A program made the position numbers and the translations under genes. A stretch of DNA of 64,000 nt from Ignavibacteria bacterium. Lineage in GTDB: Bacteria; Bacteroidota; Ignavibacteria; Tepidaquicellales; OLB5. The DNA lies in the NCBI GenBank assembly GCA_020852705.1, contig JADZAP010000036.1, positions 31,045 through 95,044 of the forward strand, in the 5' to 3' direction. Below the pieces are notes generated by a model that had not been told where the DNA came from, ran no database searches, and saw nothing but the letters and a program-made list of their open reading frames with translations. Shown here one piece after another: positions 1-9,212 of this stretch (positions are counted from its first letter, which is position 1; each line of letters starts with the position of its first letter).

Positions 1-714
1 CTGCATCTTTTTTTTCCCTGAAAAAATTTTATTTATCTGATTTTTTGTGCTTCTAAATATCCCTGTACTGATATAAAACAGGCAGAATGCAAATAATCCT
101 TCGCCTTTTGTAATAGTAATTAAAATTACAGAAAGTATCACAATAATTGTTTTTACCGGATGTTCTTTTACTTCACGTTTATTAAACTTTGGGGTAGTAT
201 CATATTTAAAAGTGCTTATCATAAGCAGTGGCATAATGATTGCTATGCAATATATAAAAATTTCACTTGTGTGCAGATTAAAATTTTTATTGTAATAGTA
301 TAATATAAACGATGAAACGGTAACAGCTGGAATCGGCACAGGAACTCCGCTGAAGTAACTCTTATCAAACCCAACAAGCTGTGCATTAAACCTTGCAAGT
401 CTTATTGCACCAAATATCATTATTAAAGCTGAAACAGCAATTCCAATTCCGTCAAGTGAGTAAAAATATACTTTATAAAGCAGAAAAGAAGGAGCTGCTC
501 CAAATGAAACCATATCTGCAAGAGAGTCTAATTCAACACCAAACTTTGAAGAAGTTCCTGTGAATCTTGCAACAACTCCGTCAAACATATCAAACAATCC
601 TGCATAAAGAATAAATAATGCTGCCTGATCAAAATTTTTTGCATCTGCATTTATTACAGAAATAAATCCGCATAACAGATTTAATATTGTAAATAAACTC
701 GGAATGAATCCCAT
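1..714 (-). CDS. pssA: CDP-diacylglycerol--serine O-phosphatidyltransferase (phosphatidylserine synthase); C-terminal end cut off by the window edge
   Basis: Absent from the ORF track because it runs off the edge. My minus-strand translation from ATG 714..712 gives MGFIPSLFTILNLLCGFISV... and contains the CDP-alcohol phosphatidyltransferase motif DGVVARFTGTSSKFGVELDSLAD. The frame stays open to base 1. It lies 12 nt downstream of psd. Confidence 0.8.
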   Translation of the reverse strand, partial: MGFIPSLFTILNLLCGFISVINADAKNFDQAALFILYAGLFDMFDGVVARFTGTSSKFGVELDSLADMVSFGAAPSFLLYKVYFYSLDGIGIAVSALIMIFGAIRLARFNAQLVGFDKSYFSGVPVPIPAVTVSSFILYYYNKNFNLHTSEIFIYCIAIIMPLLMISTFKYDTTPKFNKREVKEHPVKTIIVILSVILITITKGEGLFAFCLFYISTGIFRSTKNQINKIFSGKKKMQ

Positions 715-726
715 ACGGTTCTTCAA

Positions 727-1386
727 TTATTCCGCTGCCTCCGCAAGTACTGTAATACCGCCTGTAACATTTTGATTAACGCTTACTTTAATAATTGTAT
801 TTACAGGCATGATAACATCCGTTCTTGAACCGAATTTTATCATGCCAAATTTTTCACCCCTTGTAACATCATCACCTGTTCTCAGTTCACATACAATTCT
901 TCTAGCAACAAATCCGGTTATTTGTTTAAATAACACCTTAAATTTTTCTCCTTCAATTCCTATCACGGTTCTTTCATTTTTATCAGCAGATAAATGATCA
1001 TAAGCTTTTATGAATTCACCTTTTATATACTGAAAATATTTTATTTTTCCGCTTATAGGAACACGGTTTACGTGAACATTTAAGGGAGAAAGAAATATCC
1101 CAATCACTTTTGCAGGTCCTTTAATAAATTCCGGTTCTTCAATTTCTTCAATCATCATTACCCTGCCATCTGCAGGTGAAAGTATTTCGCCTGCTTTAAG
1201 GTTTTGCGGTATCTTTCTTAACGGATCACGGAAAAAGAATAGTGTAAAAGAAATAAACATTATAGAAATAACCAGAAGGACTAATTTTGCAATCTCATTT
1301 GGGATAAGAAGTGCAATAATATCCAGTGCAAGAGTGATTACAAGCGCTTTAATAACTGTACTTCTTCCGTATATTGTTAATCTCAC
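727..1386 (-). CDS. psd: phosphatidylserine decarboxylase proenzyme (short type)
   Basis: 219 aa with an N-terminal TM region. It has the FGSRTD self-cleavage-type motif near the C-terminus. It sits next to pssA. Confidence 0.85.
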   Translation of the reverse strand: MRLTIYGRSTVIKALVITLALDIIALLIPNEIAKLVLLVISIMFISFTLFFFRDPLRKIPQNLKAGEILSPADGRVMMIEEIEEPEFIKGPAKVIGIFLSPLNVHVNRVPISGKIKYFQYIKGEFIKAYDHLSADKNERTVIGIEGEKFKVLFKQITGFVARRIVCELRTGDDVTRGEKFGMIKFGSRTDVIMPVNTIIKVSVNQNVTGGITVLAEAAE

Positions 1387-1410
1387 TATTTATAAAACCT
1401 GTTAACTAAA

Positions 1411-2136
1411 TTATTTACCGGTAATTCTTTTTCTAACTTCAGCATACGCTTCATTTACACCGCCAAGATCAAACCTGAAACGGTCTTTATCAAGTTTTTT
1501 TCCGGTTTTTTTATCCCAAAGTCTGCAGGTATCGGGTGTTATTTCATCACCAAGTAAAATTTTACCGGTAATATCTTTACCAAACTCCAGTTTAAAATCA
1601 ACCAGTTTCATCCCGCGTTTTAAAAAGAAAGGTTTAAGTATTAAATTAATCTTCAGTGCCATTTGTTTTAATACCTTAAGGTCATTTTCATTTGCAATTT
1701 TCATTGCAAGAGCATGTGAATCATTTATCATCGGGTCACCAAGCAAATCATCTTTGTAATAGAATTCTACAATTGGTTTTGAAAGCAGAGTGCCTTCTTT
1801 GAAATTTGTTTTCTTAAGCAAACTGCCCGCAGCTATGTTTCTTACTACAACTTCTATGGGAACTATTTTAAGCCGTTTTATTATCATTTCGTTTGGTGAA
1901 ATTTGCTTAACAAAATGATTTCGTATCCCTTGTTTTGCAAGATATGTAAAAATAAAAGTGGTCAGTTCGCAGTTAATAATTCCTTTGTTTAATATTTCAC
2001 CTCTTTTTTGGGCATTAAAGGCAGTGGCATCATCTTTAAATTCCTGTAATAACAGGCTCTGGTACCCTTTTAATGTATAAAGTTTTTTTGCTTTACCTTC
2101 GTAGATTTGGTTAACTTTTTTGTATTTTTCCGGCAT
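1411..2136 (-). CDS. purC: phosphoribosylaminoimidazole-succinocarboxamide (SAICAR) synthase
   Basis: 241 aa. N-terminal YEGKAKKLY motif and full-length resemblance to the PurC family. Confidence 0.93.
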   Translation of the reverse strand: MPEKYKKVNQIYEGKAKKLYTLKGYQSLLLQEFKDDATAFNAQKRGEILNKGIINCELTTFIFTYLAKQGIRNHFVKQISPNEMIIKRLKIVPIEVVVRNIAAGSLLKKTNFKEGTLLSKPIVEFYYKDDLLGDPMINDSHALAMKIANENDLKVLKQMALKINLILKPFFLKRGMKLVDFKLEFGKDITGKILLGDEITPDTCRLWDKKTGKKLDKDRFRFDLGGVNEAYAEVRKRITGK

Positions 2137-2316
2137 TTTAGCTATTAAAAACCAAAATTAGTTATATCTGTTTCAAATAACAATCCAAACACAACGTTAA
2201 AAGTGTAAACTAATTTAACTAATATATGATTATATTAAACAAGTAGTTTATAGCATAAAACAAAACAAAATAACTTAATGAGCAGTTATATCCTGTTTTA
2301 TATGCAATATTACAAA

Positions 2317-2324
2317 TAAATTTG
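2317..2324 (+). promoter_or_regulatory. candidate Bacteroidota-type -7 promoter box TAnnTTTG (TAAATTTG)
   Basis: Exact TAnnTTTG match 34 nt upstream of the ATG at 2358. Confidence 0.3.
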
Positions 2325-2357
2325 TATTCTCATAAGCAATAATTTTGGTAAAGTATT

Positions 2358-2951
2358 ATGACTGAGCGTGCTTACGAACTTTTTAAAAATCTGCCTGTGC
2401 TGGAAACCCCCCGCCTCCGGCTGAGAAAACTTTCTCTTCGTGATGCAGGTGATGTATTTGAATATGCCTCGTTGCCCGAAGTTGCACAGCATGTTACATG
2501 GGAATATCACAGAAATATCAGTGATAGTGTTCACTATTTAAGATTTATTACTCAGCAGTATATTGAAGGTATTCCGAGTCCATGGGGTATTATTCATAAA
2601 GAAAATGCAAAGCTTATTGGTACTATAGGTTACCACGTCTGGTCAATTGCAAACCGCTCCGGTGAAGTTGGATATGCACTTTCAAAAGAATACTGGAATC
2701 AGGGTTATACTTCTGAAGCTTTCTGTGAAGTTATAAAGTATGGATTTGAGCACATGATGCTTGAAAGGATTGAAGCTACCTGCAAACTTCTAAATACAGC
2801 ATCTGAAAAAGTTATGTTGAAATGTGGAATGCAATTTGAAGGTATAATGAGGAAAAAACTTTTTGCAAAAGGTGAGTATCATGACCTTAAACTTTACAGC
2901 CTTTTAAAAGAAGACTGGGAAAAAATAAACAGTATTAGTGCCCGTAAATAA
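2358..2951 (+). CDS. GNAT family N-acetyltransferase (RimJ/RimL-like)
   Basis: 197 aa. LETPRLRLRKLSLRDAGDVFEY N-terminus and the WNQGYTSEA acetyl-CoA pocket region are typical of RimJ/RimL-type GNATs. Confidence 0.85.
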   Translation: MTERAYELFKNLPVLETPRLRLRKLSLRDAGDVFEYASLPEVAQHVTWEYHRNISDSVHYLRFITQQYIEGIPSPWGIIHKENAKLIGTIGYHVWSIANRSGEVGYALSKEYWNQGYTSEAFCEVIKYGFEHMMLERIEATCKLLNTASEKVMLKCGMQFEGIMRKKLFAKGEYHDLKLYSLLKEDWEKINSISARK

Positions 2952-2957
2952 CAAAAT

Positions 2958-3497
2958 TTGATAATTAACAAAAATTATTTGGCTAAGGGAAAAAAAATAA
3001 ATCTGCTGGATGTACTTACTATAAGAGAAGGAAGGTATGAAGGCATTGGCAAGAACCATGAAGAAAAACAGTTTAAAGGAAGGCTGCATCTCAGATCAAT
3101 TGTAAACAATAAAGGTATAGCATTCAAATATAAAGCAGTTGGTATTGAAGGCAGTGAGTTCAATAATCTTAAAGCCCTGTATAATGAGGAAACTGTTTTA
3201 TATAATGAAGAGCATACAATTATATGCAACGATAACGAAAATAAGCTTACATTATGGACACTTAATAATAATATCGGCACCCTTGCAAGGTTTGAGCTTA
3301 GAAGATTCAGACAGATTTCGCCTAACCATACTCTTTTTATTTTCGGTTTTGGTGACCCCGAAGATAATAATATTTTCCGTGAAGAAATTTCCATTGAGCT
3401 GTGGAATAACGGAGATTTAAGCTATAATTATTCTTGGGGAGAAGCAGGTGGTTTGTTTTTGGTCCGTTCAACCGTTAGAATGAAGAAAATTGATTGA
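2958..3497 (+). CDS. hypothetical protein (possibly a small beta-barrel/nitrobindin-like fold; weak)
   Basis: 179-aa ORF with a TTG start and protein-like composition. The overlapping antisense ORF is S/L-rich junk. No motif I can name with certainty. Confidence 0.45.
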   Translation: MIINKNYLAKGKKINLLDVLTIREGRYEGIGKNHEEKQFKGRLHLRSIVNNKGIAFKYKAVGIEGSEFNNLKALYNEETVLYNEEHTIICNDNENKLTLWTLNNNIGTLARFELRRFRQISPNHTLFIFGFGDPEDNNIFREEISIELWNNGDLSYNYSWGEAGGLFLVRSTVRMKKID

Positions 3498-3500
3498 ACA

Positions 3501-4181
3501 TTGAAATATATTTATTCTATATTAATTGTTTTTTTAATTGTACCTTTTATTAAGGCGCAAAATGATGGGATTAACAAACTTTCATCTTCATTTAAAATAG
3601 TACGGCTAAAATATTCTGGAGGGGGTGACTGGTACAACGATCCCTCTGCTGAAGTTAATATGATGGATTATCTGAAAAAAAATACCACTATTGATGTTGA
3701 TGAATCAAAGTTCTACAGTGTTGATATTTCAAGCGATGATATTTTTAACTATCCTTTCATATTAATTACCGGACACGGAAATATTAACTTCAGCGAAAGC
3801 GAAGTAAAGCGTCTAAGGCAATACCTTGAAAAAGGGGGCTTTTTGTATGCTGATGACGATTACGGTATGGATAAGGCATTTCGAAGGGAAATGGATAAAG
3901 TTTTTCCTGATCAAAAAATGCAGGAGCTGCCTTTTGACCATAAAATTTACAACTCACAATTCAGCTTTCCAAACGGTTTGCTAAAAATTCATGAGCATGA
4001 TGGTAAACCTCCGCAGGGTTTTGGTTATTACCTAAACGGCAGGTTATGCGTATATTATACCTATGAAACAAATATTTCAGATGGCTGGGCTAACCCAAGA
4101 GAACACGAAGACCCTCCCGAAAAACGCGAGGAAGCTTTTAAAATGGGTACTAATATTATTGTATATGTACTAAATAACTGA
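3501..4181 (+). CDS. DUF4159 domain-containing secreted protein
   Basis: 226 aa with a signal peptide. The segments GGGDWYNDPSAEVN and FILITGHGNINFSESEVKRLRQYLEKGGFLYADD match the DUF4159 pattern. Confidence 0.8.
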   Translation: MKYIYSILIVFLIVPFIKAQNDGINKLSSSFKIVRLKYSGGGDWYNDPSAEVNMMDYLKKNTTIDVDESKFYSVDISSDDIFNYPFILITGHGNINFSESEVKRLRQYLEKGGFLYADDDYGMDKAFRREMDKVFPDQKMQELPFDHKIYNSQFSFPNGLLKIHEHDGKPPQGFGYYLNGRLCVYYTYETNISDGWANPREHEDPPEKREEAFKMGTNIIVYVLNN

Positions 4182-4334
4182 ATGTTTCTTATTATGTTTG
4201 AAATACTAAATTTCAACTTTTCAAATAACTCTTATTTTCTCTTGCATTTTGGGAACAATATTAGCATAATTATGCTTAAATAAGTAAATAATCAATAATT
4301 TTACTGATTAATTTTGCCCTCTAATAAATAATTA

Positions 4335-7300
4335 ATGAGCAGTTTAGAGCTTACATACCGCAATTTTATTTCAAGAATATCTGATACAGGAAAAAAAGAT
4401 ATTTTATTTAAAGCATTTAAAAGTATCATTTTAATGCTTTCAATATTTCTTGCATTAGCATTTATATTTATTACCGCTGAGGCAATTTTTGAACTTTCTT
4501 CTTCTTTACGCAAGATAATCTTTTTTGGCTTTATCTCTGGGTTTATTGCAACTGCAGTTATGATAGCAATAGCGTATTTCAGCTCATTGCAAAAATTAAA
4601 ATCACCGGCTTCAATCAGCAATTATGCCAAAAAAATAGGAAACTCTTATCCTGAAATTAAAGACCGTTTGCTTAACTCTTTGCAGCTATATGATTATACC
4701 GTTAAAAAAGAACATATCTTTTCCGATTCCTTAGCTGCCGAATCTATTAATATATTTAATGAAAATACTCGTTCTATAGATTTCGCAAATTCAGTAACAT
4801 TCAAAAAAAATAAAAGATTAATTGCACTTTTTGCAGCTGGATTATTGGTATTTAATTTATTGCTGTTTGCTTTTCCCGATACATTTCTTTCTGCTGCTAA
4901 CAGGATCATTAATTATAACTTCACTTTTGTTAACAATTCACTTGGAATTGCATTTGAGGTTAAACCCGGTAACATAGAAATTTCCAAAGGTGAAACTGTT
5001 GAGTTGATTGCAAATATAAAATTCCATGATCCTTCTTATTCAACCAATGAAATAACATTACACACAAAAGAAGTTACAAATGACGGAATTGAAATTTCTG
5101 AAAATAATGAAAAAGTAAAATCAGGCGGTGTAAATGAATTTAAGGTATCATTAAATAATATTAACTCGCAAACAATATACTGGTTTGAATACAAAGGAGT
5201 AAGGTCTTCATCATACACAATAAGTATAACAAATAAACCAGTTATCAAATCAGTAAAAATTACTGTTTACCCTCCTGCTTATACAAAACTTCCTTCCAGA
5301 ATAATTGATGGCAACGAAATTACAACTATAGCCGGAAGTACAATATTTATTGAACTCGAGTCATCTGATGATCTGTCACGCTCAATGATACAATTTGGCG
5401 GAGCAAGTGCTCCTGTAAATTTAGAAGTATCCGGAAAAACTGCCCGAGGTTCTTTTATTGCTTCTTCAAACGGCACTTTTACAATAAATGCCGTTAAAGA
5501 TTTTAATGGAAAAGAACTTTCTGCTGCAAATCCTAAAGAACTTACTTTAAGAGTTTTACCGGACCAATTTCCCTCTATAAATATTATTGAGCCGGAAAAT
5601 AATGAAACAAATGTTCAGGGCAGACGTGAAATTACCGTGCGAAGCAGAGTTACTGATGATTTTGGATTCAGCAAAATGAGACTTGGTTATAAAATTGTAA
5701 GCTCTAAATACGGACCCGCTGATAAAGATTTCAGGTATTGGGAAATTAATATTCAAAATAAAGATGCCACCGGACTAGAAGTGCCGTATATATGGAATTT
5801 ATCTTCACTAAATCTTGGCTCTGAAGATGTTGTGGAATACTTTGTTGAAGTATATGATAATGATGGTTACAGCGGACCCAAAATGACAAGAACAAATATT
5901 ATGCGGCTTATTTATCCCTCATTTGAATCTTTAATGAAAAAGACAGAAGAAACTAAAAATGAGGTTGAAAACTCCCTTAAATCTGCAATTGATGATGCAA
6001 TGGATCTTAAAAAAGAGCTTGATGAATTAAAGGAAAAGATGGAGAAAAACCCTGAAGAGCTTGGACTTAATGATCCTAAAAAAAATCAGGAGCTTCAGCA
6101 AAAGGTGGAAAATATTCAGAACAACCTGAATGCAACTCAGCAGAAACTTGATGACCTGATGAAAAATCTTCAGCAAAACAGCCAGCTTTCAAAGGAAACA
6201 CTTGATAAGTATATGGAACTGCAAAAGATGTTCCAAAAGATAGACTCCCCCGAATTGCGCGAAGCGCTTAAAAAACTGCAGGATGCATTAAAAAATATGA
6301 ACAAAGATCAGCTTAAAGAAGCAATGCAGAACTTTAAGTTTGATGAAGAAAATTTTAAAAAGCAGCTTGAAAAAACTATGGAACTGCTTAATAAAATAAT
6401 GAACGAGCAGAAGTTTGGAGAGCTTACCCAAAAATTAGATGATATTACTAAAAAACAGGATGCATTAAAGGAAGAAACCAAAAATACTGATAAGGATAAT
6501 AAGAATGCCCTAAACGAGCAGTCAAAAAAACAGGAAGATATTAAAAATAATACAAAAGATTTTCAGCAGCAGTTAAAACAGCTTTCTGAAAACATGAAGA
6601 AGTCAGGTGAACAGCAGCTTTCAAAAGAGATGCAGAAAATGCTTGAAGATATGATGAAAAAAATGCTTGAGCAGAAAATGCAGAACTCAAAGGAAAACCT
6701 TGAAAACGGCAATCAGCAGCAATCACAAAAAAAACAGGAAGAAATTTCCAAAGACCTTAATGAAATGAACCAAAATATGCAGGATATGCTGCAAAGTATG
6801 CTTGATAAACAATCATCAAAGCTTCAGCAGAAAATGGAGGAGTTTCTTAACAGACTTAAAGAAATGTCAAATCGCCAGAAAGAACTGATGGAGCAATCCG
6901 AAGAGCTTAATAAAAACAGTGATGCAGGTGATTTTAAAGAAAATAAACAGAAACAGGATAAACTGCAGAATGATTTATCCAATCTGACCGAAGAAATGAT
7001 GAGTTTAGCTCAGCAGATGGGAATGAGTCCAATGATGAGCAAGAATCTTGGTGATGCTTTCAATGAAATGCAGAAAGCATCAGAAGAGTTAAGTAAAAAG
7101 GATGGTAAAAGTGCAAATAAATCTCAGGGAAATGCAAAGGAATCGCTTGATAAAGCTGCAGAGAGAATGCAGCAAATGTGCCAGAACGGCAAACAGGGCA
7201 ACGGCAAGAAACCCGGCTCGGGTCTTCAGCAATTGCTTCAGCAGCTGCAGGAAATGATTGCAAAACAGCAGCAGCTTAATAACCAAATGCAGGGTTTAAA

Positions 7301-7787
7301 TCCAAACGGCAATCAGGGCAAACTTACACAGGAACAAATGGCACAAATGCAGAGGATGGCAGTTGAACAGCAGAAAATTAAAGATGGTGTTAATCAGCTT
7401 AATGAGGAGTTTAAAAAACAGCAGGAGTCAGAAGGCAAAAAACTGCTTGGTAACTTAGACCAGGTTCAAAAAGATATGCAGGAAATTATAAAAGACCTGC
7501 AGGAAAATAATTTAACCCCTGAAACCAAAAAGCGGCAGGAGAAAATTCTTTCAAGGATGCTTGATTTTCAGCTTTCAACCCGTGAAAAAGATTTTGAACA
7601 GAAAAGGGAATCGAGACCTGGAAAAAATTTTGACCGCAACTCCCCGCCCGAAATTGTTATTTCTAAACCTAATATAATTAACGGAATTAATCAGGATGCC
7701 CTTGAGATTCAGCAGGAAAATTTTACCGAAGATTACGAATTATTGATACAGAAATATCTGGAAAAGATAAAAACTGAAAACAGGTAA
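4335..7787 (+). CDS. DUF4175-like large membrane protein with Ig-like middle region and very long Q/K/E-rich coiled coil
   Basis: 1150 aa with N-terminal TM helices. About 550 aa are low-complexity heptad-like K/E/Q/L sequence. The C-terminal end (EKILSRMLDFQLS...EDYELLIQKYLEKI) resembles DUF4175 termini. It is adjacent to DUF4159. Confidence 0.7.
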   Translation: MSSLELTYRNFISRISDTGKKDILFKAFKSIILMLSIFLALAFIFITAEAIFELSSSLRKIIFFGFISGFIATAVMIAIAYFSSLQKLKSPASISNYAKKIGNSYPEIKDRLLNSLQLYDYTVKKEHIFSDSLAAESINIFNENTRSIDFANSVTFKKNKRLIALFAAGLLVFNLLLFAFPDTFLSAANRIINYNFTFVNNSLGIAFEVKPGNIEISKGETVELIANIKFHDPSYSTNEITLHTKEVTNDGIEISENNEKVKSGGVNEFKVSLNNINSQTIYWFEYKGVRSSSYTISITNKPVIKSVKITVYPPAYTKLPSRIIDGNEITTIAGSTIFIELESSDDLSRSMIQFGGASAPVNLEVSGKTARGSFIASSNGTFTINAVKDFNGKELSAANPKELTLRVLPDQFPSINIIEPENNETNVQGRREITVRSRVTDDFGFSKMRLGYKIVSSKYGPADKDFRYWEINIQNKDATGLEVPYIWNLSSLNLGSEDVVEYFVEVYDNDGYSGPKMTRTNIMRLIYPSFESLMKKTEETKNEVENSLKSAIDDAMDLKKELDELKEKMEKNPEELGLNDPKKNQELQQKVENIQNNLNATQQKLDDLMKNLQQNSQLSKETLDKYMELQKMFQKIDSPELREALKKLQDALKNMNKDQLKEAMQNFKFDEENFKKQLEKTMELLNKIMNEQKFGELTQKLDDITKKQDALKEETKNTDKDNKNALNEQSKKQEDIKNNTKDFQQQLKQLSENMKKSGEQQLSKEMQKMLEDMMKKMLEQKMQNSKENLENGNQQQSQKKQEEISKDLNEMNQNMQDMLQSMLDKQSSKLQQKMEEFLNRLKEMSNRQKELMEQSEELNKNSDAGDFKENKQKQDKLQNDLSNLTEEMMSLAQQMGMSPMMSKNLGDAFNEMQKASEELSKKDGKSANKSQGNAKESLDKAAERMQQMCQNGKQGNGKKPGSGLQQLLQQLQEMIAKQQQLNNQMQGLNPNGNQGKLTQEQMAQMQRMAVEQQKIKDGVNQLNEEFKKQQESEGKKLLGNLDQVQKDMQEIIKDLQENNLTPETKKRQEKILSRMLDFQLSTREKDFEQKRESRPGKNFDRNSPPEIVISKPNIINGINQDALEIQQENFTEDYELLIQKYLEKIKTENR

Positions 7788-7897
7788 AATTCTAAATTAT
7801 TTAACAATTTAACCTATTTCCCTTTCAAAATTATAATATCTAAGAACAAATAAAATTTTTTCATAATTTTTTCACAGTTTATTAAACCAAAAAGACT

Positions 7898-7905
7898 TAT
7901 ATTTG
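7898..7905 (+). promoter_or_regulatory. candidate -7 promoter box TAnnTTTG (TATATTTG)
   Basis: Exact match 37 nt upstream of ATG 7943. An AAGGAG Shine-Dalgarno lies directly before the ATG. Confidence 0.3.
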
Positions 7906-7942
7906 TGTAATTCAATTTAAATTTATTATAATTAAAGGAGAT

Positions 7943-8986
7943 ATGTTTATGAGAAGATTATTACTTCTTATGGCTTTGTTTTTACCGATATTTATTGTTG
8001 GAAATACTTTAAGCCAGGTTTTAATGGATGAGAATTTTAACTACCCAGCTGGAGATTCACTTGGTGCTCATGGTTGGGTTTCTTTTAGCGGTGGTAACAC
8101 TAATGTTTTAAGTGTTGCTACCCCGGGATTAATATATTCGGGATATCCTTTATCAAATATTGGAAATTCTGCCTTAGTATAGAAAACCGGCCAAGATGCA
8201 TATAAACAGTTTTCCGGAACTGGTGATTCAACTGGAAATGTATATATTTCGTTTATGATCAGAATTGATTCAACCGCAGGAGGTGATTATTTCTTTGCTT
8301 TACTGCCTGATAACTCAACAAGTAACTATACAGGAAGGATTTATGCAAAAGATACAACAGGCGGATATAAATTTGGTATTGCAAAAGCAACCAATCCAAT
8401 TGTTTATGCCAGTACAGTATTTAATCATGGAACAACATATTTGGTAGTTGTTAAATATTCTTTTATAGATGGTGCTAGTAATGATGAAGTGAGCTTATTT
8501 GTATTTTCAGGTGCGATTCCAGGTACTGAACCTTCGCCGCTTGTAGGACCTGTAACACAGGCAATTGGTGACGCACCAAATATCAGACGTGTAGCATTAA
8601 GACAGGGAAGTTCATCTAATGCACCTGTATTGTTGATTGATGGTATTAGAGTTCAGAAAACCTGGAGTAGTTTGGTTGTTGGTATTTCCAATATCAGCAC
8701 TACTGCAGAAAACTTTTCACTATCACAAAACTATCCAAATCCGTTCAATCCTTCAACTAAGATAAACTTTTCAATTCCTGAAAGAAGCTTTGTTACAATG
8801 AAGGTATATGATATGACAGGAAGAGAAGTAATGTTGTTAGTTAATAACAATTATTCAGAAGGTATTTATTCAGTAGATATGGATGCAAAAGGATTAAGCT
8901 CCGGTATTTATATGTACAGCATAGAAGTAAAAACAGAAAGCGGAAATTTGTTAAGAGATACTAAGAAACTTACATTGATAAAATAA
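7943..8986 (+). pseudogene. T9SS-sorted jelly-roll/LamG-like secreted protein interrupted by one in-frame TAG (8180..8182)
   Basis: ORFs 7943..8182 (signal peptide plus domain start) and 8255..8986 share one reading frame. The 72 nt between them (KTGQDAYKQFSGTGDSTGNVYISF) have no further stop. The C-terminus carries the NYPNPFNPSTKINFSIP sorting domain. Confidence 0.6.
8729..8986 (+). repeat. 258-nt T9SS sorting-domain coding segment, copy 1 of a local duplicate (partner 10626..10883)
   Basis: Colinear to the stop codon with 10626..10883, with long identical runs such as cctgaaagaagctttgttacaatga and gttagttaataacaattattcag. By eye roughly 80-90% nucleotide identity. Confidence 0.85.
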
Positions 8987-9010
8987 ATTTTTAAAATATT
9001 TTTTAAAATA

Positions 9011-9042
9011 AGAGCTGTCTCAAATGAGGCAGCTCTTTTTTT
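9011..9042 (+). terminator. intrinsic terminator
   Basis: Hairpin agagctgtctc-aaat-gaggcagctct followed by a T7 run, 25 nt after the stop at 8986. Confidence 0.7.
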
Positions 9043-9194
9043 ATGATTTTTATTCATAGTTTCTCTTTTAAGTATTGTTTGATATATCAAAAGAGAATCC
9101 AAAAAAATCAAAAGTTAATTTTTCGGCATATAAAAGTTAATTGTAAATTCTAAAAAAATACATTAAAATGTAGATGAAATTTAATATTATTAAT

Positions 9195-9212
9195 ATTATT
9201 ATTATTATTATT
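9195..9212 (+). repeat. (ATT)6 trinucleotide microsatellite abutting the ATG at 9213
   Basis: Read directly: attattattattattatt followed by atg. Confidence 0.9.

Noticed and set aside
2975-3420. Antisense and alternative-frame ORFs 2975-3394(-), 3139-3420(+) and 2904-3089(-)
   Set aside because: They have the Ser/Leu/Ile-rich composition typical of out-of-frame reads of an AT-rich gene. The plus-strand 179-aa frame has a far more protein-like sequence.
4263-4276. 14-bp palindrome agcataattatgct upstream of the DUF4175-like gene
   Set aside because: With 7-bp arms in AT-rich DNA, several such palindromes are expected by chance in 64 kb, and there is no supporting context.
4301-7286. Minus-strand ORFs inside the DUF4175-like gene (4301-4621, 4694-4909, 5036-5248, 5279-5476, 5556-5756, 6541-6726, 7060-7263, 7089-7286)
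   Set aside because: They are shadow ORFs opposite a long gene. The ones opposite the CAG/AAG-rich coiled-coil region are expected artefacts of low-complexity sequence.
8180-8182. Possibility that the in-frame TAG reflects stop-codon reassignment or pyrrolysine-type recoding
   Set aside because: TAG is the terminator of several clearly complete genes in this window: the 504-aa ORF ending at 31319, the ORFs ending at 43700 and 47737, and the minus-strand ORFs ending at 45363, 46270 and 60892 (accC). No pyl-type genes are present.
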